DNA of 64,000 bases from Dendrobates tinctorius (taxonomy: Eukaryota), in NCBI RefSeq assembly GCF_039654945.1, contig NW_027361696.1:21452001-21516000 (forward strand). Direction: 5' to 3'. Under the pieces are notes generated by a model. The model searched no databases. It was not told where the DNA came from and saw nothing but the letters and a program-made list of their open reading frames with translations. Shown in pieces: positions 59,901-64,000 of the stretch. Positions within the stretch are counted from its first letter, which is position 1. Each line of letters opens with the position of its first letter. Position numbers and translations under genes: made by a program.

Positions 59901-61752
59901 TATGGCCATAATATAGCAGGCAACAAGTGGATAACTCGATTCATTACAGCATGTGAACGAATAGCTCCAATCCACATACCCTCCGTCCCTACATGGGATC
60001 TAAATCTGGTCTTAGACGCCCTAACGGTAGACCCCTTTGAGCCGATCGACACAATACCCTTCAAATACTTAGCACTTAAAATGGCCCTCTTGGTAGCGCT
60101 GACCTCAGCTAGAAGAGTGGGTGATATCCAGGCCTTGTCAATAGATCAACCTTTTTTCCAAGAATACCAAGACAGATTGGTATTAAAACCAGACCCTGCC
60201 TACCTGCCAAAAGTGGCAACAAAATACCATAGATCTCAGGAGATACTCCTCCCAACCTTCTATAAAAATCCCTCTACTCCGGAAGAGCAGAAGTTCCATA
60301 CTCTGGACGTCAAAAGAACTGTCCTAAAATATATTGAGAGGTCCAACAGTTGGAGGCAGAGTAGGGCCCTATTTGTTTCATTTCAGGGCTGTAAGAAGGG
60401 GTATGGAGTCACGAAGAGCACCATTTCCCGGTGGATCAGAGAGGCCATTCGTTTAGCCTACTCCGCAAAGAACGAAGATCCTCCAGGGAACATCAGGGCA
60501 CATTCCACCAGGGCAATGGCAACTTCTTGGGCGGAAAAGGGAGATGTTCCGATTGAAACTATATGTAAGGCGGCAGTTTGGTCATCCCCTTCTACCTTCT
60601 ATAACCACTATAGACTTGATCTTTCATCAACCTCTGACTTAAGCTTTGGCAGGACTGTCCTTGGCACGGTGGTCCCACCCAGGTGATGGTCTCTGGAATC
60701 TCTCCAGTGGGTGCTGTCGTGGCGAAGAGTAAAAAGCCGGATTACTTACCGGTAATGCTCTTTTAATGAGTCCACGACAGCACCCGCTCACTTCCCTCCC
60801 TAAAGATATCAATAGTTAAAGTATATCAACCAAATAATGGATAAGAAAGATGTTAAAATAAGAGAACATTGCCTAATCCTTGGCGGTCCTTCTGGTACTC
60901 TGAAACGTAAAACTGAGGAGGAAAGGCGGACCGCCCCTTTTATCTTTCTGTAGGGTTTCCTGTTCCAAATGGGCGGATCCGATACCTCCAGTGGGTGCTG
61001 TCGTGGACTCATTAAAAGAGCATTACCGGTAAGTAATCCGGCTTTTTTGTAACTTTTAAAATATAAAAAGATTTATTTTTTGTGTTTGGCCTAAAATACA
61101 AAAGAAATGTGTCATCGGTAACTGTAGGCCTTCTAGAGATTATTTCATTGTCAACTTGCTGAACTGCTCACAATAACAGGAATTTTGACCAGGGGTGCCC
61201 AGACTTTTACATGCTACTGTACTTTGCACATTATATGGCACGTTGCTGTGTTTTGGTTTTTTTTCAGCGTTGCGGTGTTCTCCAAACAGGGTGACCCTTT
61301 CCCGACCCAAACAAGAGCCAGGACTCACTATCGCCCATCCATTCCCCAAACACTTAACGAGGCTCAGAAACAAACCGTAAGTGCTGTGCACAACCATGTT
61401 CGTACAAGGGATAATCCTGGGGAATATTTGGCAGCTGATAATCGCTCCGTACACACCGACGTCTGGCTAATCACGTGCGTCTCTTGCAGGTCCTCAGTCC
61501 GGATCGGCTCCGTTCACTTCCTCACCACCTGTCTGATGCCCTCAGCCCCACTGATCTCAGCTTCCTTGTGGGATCCCAGCGGCTGGTGCCCGGCCTTCCC
61601 GAGTCAGACTCGTCAGAGCCTTGTGATGAATCGTGGCCGTCCACAGAAGGAAGCATTAAGACCCCAGAGCGGGATGAGGGGCCGACTGCCACCAGTAGTG
61701 GAGGGACCGATAAGCAGAGAGTCCCGGGGTCTGAACGCTCAGTGCTGGCAAG
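53916..61752 (+). CDS. PROSER3: Proline and serine-rich protein 3, 5' coding exons (gene continues beyond the window)
   Basis: Exons 53916-53926 (MES), 61268-61376 (SVAVFSKQGDPF...RTHYRPS) and 61490-61752 (VLSPDR...DESWPSTEG...SVLAR), phase-compatible. Matches the N-terminal motifs of PROSER3 as I recall them, and the synteny. Confidence 0.75.
56650..57777 (+). CDS. DIRS gag/ORF1 (frame open from 56557, including a CxxC...CxxC motif)
   Basis: 375-aa ORF with PKVDPVIA, DPLDRKAE, RRALWIKSW, GEFLFG. Confidence 0.85.
   Translation: MKETRQGSTISSKDIRAIIREEIQAINRASTPSESSHKKQVIVSSESEEEQELNSGSAFTSSSSSSEMEGRACFPLDSVDNLVKAVRNTMGCEEERGAQTAQDIMFAGLAEKKRRSFPVIPAIKDLIKREWEKHDQRGFLPSASKRKYPFTDEDLLKWTKIPKVDPVIASTSKQTSIPVEHAGLLADPLDRKAESSLKRSWESTTGVFKPAIASTCTARSMLEWLDQLDQQIEQRVSREKLRAAIPLIRGAAAFMADASADTLRLAARSAALVNNARRALWIKSWKGDAQSKSKISATPCEGEFLFGKALDEILAKAKERKKAFSDSPIPFYRKTFKRRPFGRRRQSDRTNRWATKDEKQKGTIFRGPTYRRDKN
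57623..59673 (+). CDS. DIRS pol (RT-RNaseH-MTase-like), one frameshift at the A run ~58986-58992
   Basis: IDLKDAYYH, MPFGL, YLDD, TTDAS; then SDNTT, ADFLSR, VDLFAT, YAFPP, LIAPFWP. Confidence 0.88.
59649..60686 (+). CDS. DIRS tyrosine recombinase
   Basis: TSARRVGDI, AHSTR, FYNHY; the open frame starts upstream at 59256. Confidence 0.9.
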   Translation: MEFERQLLRTRGFSESLITTLLQSRKQSTTQIYTRIWKKFLQFHTVPHTAEVPIIPILEFLQKGKDLGLAVNTLRVQISALGALYGHNIAGNKWITRFITACERIAPIHIPSVPTWDLNLVLDALTVDPFEPIDTIPFKYLALKMALLVALTSARRVGDIQALSIDQPFFQEYQDRLVLKPDPAYLPKVATKYHRSQEILLPTFYKNPSTPEEQKFHTLDVKRTVLKYIERSNSWRQSRALFVSFQGCKKGYGVTKSTISRWIREAIRLAYSAKNEDPPGNIRAHSTRAMATSWAEKGDVPIETICKAAVWSSPSTFYNHYRLDLSSTSDLSFGRTVLGTVVPPR

Positions 61753-61784
61753 GTGACGAATAATACTGCTAATGTAATCTATGT

Positions 61785-62399
61785 ACCAGCAGAATGAGTG
61801 CAGCTCTGGGGTATAACGCAGGATGTAACTCAGGATCAGTAATGTATATGTACACAGTGACTGCACCAGCAGAATAGTGAGTGCAGCTCTGGGGTATAAT
61901 ACAGGATGTAACACTGGATCAGTACTGTAATGTATGTACACAGTGACTGTACCAGCAGAATTGTGAGTGCAGCTCTGGAGTATAATACAGGATGTAACTC
62001 AGGATCAGTAATGTAATGTATGTACACAGCGATTGCACCAGCAGAATAGTGAGTGCAGCTCTGGAGTATAATACAGGATGTAACTCAGGATCAGTACTGT
62101 AATGTATGTACACAGTGACTGCACCAGCAGAATAGTGAGTGCAGCTCTGGAGTATAATACAGGATGTAACTCAGGATCAGTAATGTAATGTATGTACACA
62201 GTGATTGCACCAGCAGAATAGTGAGTGCAGCTCTGGAGTATAATACAGGATGTAACGCAGGCTCTGTAATGTAATGTATGTACACAGTGACTGCACCAGC
62301 AGAATAGTGAGTGCAGCTCTGGAGTATAATACAGGATGTAACTCAGGATCAGTAATGTAATGTATGTACACAGTGACTGTACCAGCAGAATAGTGAGTG
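61785..62399 (-). repeat. 86-bp satellite (same family as 32845-34110, opposite orientation)
   Basis: CAGCAGAATAGTGAGTGCAGCTCTGGAGTATAATACAGGATGTAACTCAGGATCAG units. Confidence 0.93.
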
Positions 62400-64000
62400 A
62401 GCAGCAGCTGAACAGAGCTGCGTTGTGCTAATTGTGGGTGCGGTCGACACTGATCCTGCTATGTGTTCCTCAGCTCCAGAGAACCAACACCTCTCCACCC
62501 GGGGACCTGCTCGCTCTCCTACCCAGGGAGGGAGTGGGTTTCCTTGGATGAGTGAAGGAGCCAAGTCCCAGGCTTCTGTTTCCCGGTCCAGGCCGGCGGG
62601 GAACAGAAGAAACCAGCAACTGGCCTGCACATCAGAGGACTCGGGTGAGACGCTCCACCAGGAGTCGCAGCAATGTGGCTCCTACTCCCCCAGGATCTGC
62701 AGAGACCCAGAGAAGCCGTAAGGCTTCCAACATGGAGGCGAAGCCTGCTAGCAGCGTGCAAGATGGCGGTCCTCCCGGAGGAAAGCTGAGTGCTCACGGG
62801 GGTAAGGCTAACCTCGCTGAGGAAAGTTGGGGGCTGCTGAAACCAAAGGAGTCTGTGTCCACCTATGCCTCCTGGGTCATTAGCCACCTCCGTGAGTATG
62901 AAGAGGCAAGTAAGACCAACAGGAGGCTCCGGGAGGAGCTGCACAAGCGCCAAAGCTGCAGGTTCCTCCAGACCCAGGAAGACCCAACTCCAGGCGGAGG
63001 TAGAGAGACTGAAGCTGGATATTAATGAGCTGGAGGTGAGGAAAGCATTCCTAAGAGAAAAAAGTGGACCATTTAAAGAAAAACTAATGAATGAGGATAG
63101 ATTTAGAGAAATGGCTGATAACAGAGAGCAAAGGCAGATGGGGCTGCAGCTTGAGAGCCAGGTGGATGATGATGAGGACCAGCAGAAAGCCCCACCTGGC
63201 AGCCTGCAAAGTCACCCGCAGGCCACGTGCAGCGAGCTCCCTGCTGGATAGGCGACATTGGCATCTGGTCGCAGTTCTGCTGGCTCTGGGGAGGACAGTG
63301 ACAACAGCGGCCAGGGAGGGGCTCTAATGGCGGAGATGAAGCTCCTGGAGTCCACAGTGTGCATTCCGAACTTCCATCTTGGTGATGATTTACCAGAGTT
63401 GGCACCTGGGGGCCAGAAGAAAAAGGCAAAGACAACCAAACCAAAGCTCCAGGAAGTGGTGAGTTATGTATATGCCCCCCTCCCTGTACCCCCTCAGTTA
63501 GCTGCAGGGTCAGTTCGCTGTATAAGCCCTGTTGCCCAGCCCAGCCCAGGTTCTGCTGTGCATCCGGTGCAAAGGCGCAGGGAGAGTCCAGAGCACGGTA
63601 GTGAGGCGCAGAGCTCCGTCTCTGCTTGTAGTAGCGGGTTACGTAGCAGCAGGTGCATCAGCCGAGAGGCTGGACAGTGAGGGCGGCCCGGCGGTGGGTA
63701 TACGGTTAAGCCACGATACTATGGTGTGCTCCTCAGTGGGAGGGGGGAGCGGCCCAGTGTCGGGGGCAGCTCCGATAGCCTCGGCACCCCTGAATGCTGT
63801 TGCCGCTGATTACTTAATTGAGAAGCGGCCGCAGTGTAAGGGGGCTGTCGGGGCTGGGCATTCCGATCCTCCCAAAATCCTGTTCTGCTTTGGGGCCGCT
63901 GGTCAGCAAGATCCTGATGTAAAGGATCAGTGGCGCCTCACAGCGGCAAAAGATCAGCGGCGCCAAGTGAAGCAAATAAAATTACCAACTGATGATGCAG
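62400..64000 (+). mobile_element. Probable 5' end of a non-LTR retrotransposon (Tx1/L1-clade-like ORF1, frameshifted)
   Basis: Starts abruptly inside a satellite unit. A coiled-coil-like frame runs from ATG ~62732 (MEAKPASS...HLREYEE...LQAEVERLKLDINELE) with frameshifts, followed by low-complexity sequence. No diagnostic domain is in the window. Confidence 0.4.

Larger units (their letters stand above)
56063..61045 (+). mobile_element. Full-length, near-intact DIRS1-like retrotransposon in a PROSER3 intron
   Basis: ITRs at ~56074-56167 and ~60913-61006. ICR at ~60702-60785 complementary to both ends. gag, pol and YR present; inserted in a T run without TSD. Confidence 0.96.
54359..61219 (-). 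mobile_element. Degenerate Tc1 transposon split by a DIRS within one TIR
   Basis: TA|CAGTGACATGTAAAAGTCTG and CAGACTTTTACATGCTACTG|TA. HTH fragment ORF at 55503-55787. The TIR continues across the DIRS (ccattttcc|T-run|gtaacttttaaaa). Confidence 0.82.

Noticed and set aside
61785-62399. Oppositely oriented satellite copies (32.8 kb and 61.8 kb) as breakpoints of the HSPB6-LIN37 inversion
   Set aside because: The second array lies inside PROSER3, downstream of correctly oriented exons, not at the block boundary.

Overview
Vertebrate, almost certainly anuran (frog), genomic DNA from the U2AF1L4-PSENEN-LIN37-HSPB6-PROSER3 neighbourhood (human 19q13.12 block), heavily invaded by transposons. Gene models built by hand from splice sites: U2AF1L4 (-, 8 coding exons, 235 aa), PSENEN (+, 101 aa), an HSPB6-type small heat-shock gene (+, 160 aa), LIN37 (-, 9 exons, 241 aa) and the 5' part of PROSER3 (+). 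The most striking item is a complete Kir3/GIRK-like inward-rectifier K+ channel gene (~608 aa) nested antisense inside intron 5 of U2AF1L4. It has a GC-AG intron, a very long N-terminus and an unusual ETQRTIGYG pore with several Kir2-like residues. Mobile DNA: three DIRS tyrosine-recombinase retrotransposons (two full length with ITRs and ICR, apparently with a spliceable gag leader), five Tc1-family elements including a DD36E copy, a split L1, piggyBac-like and Harbinger-type non-autonomous elements, two solo-LTR-like inserts, a Helitron-like element, and Penelope-type inverted repeats carrying minimal hammerhead ribozymes. Several minisatellites are present, and four N-gaps (44.2-49.0 kb) hide element ends. 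No database searches were run; family names rest on recognised motifs.
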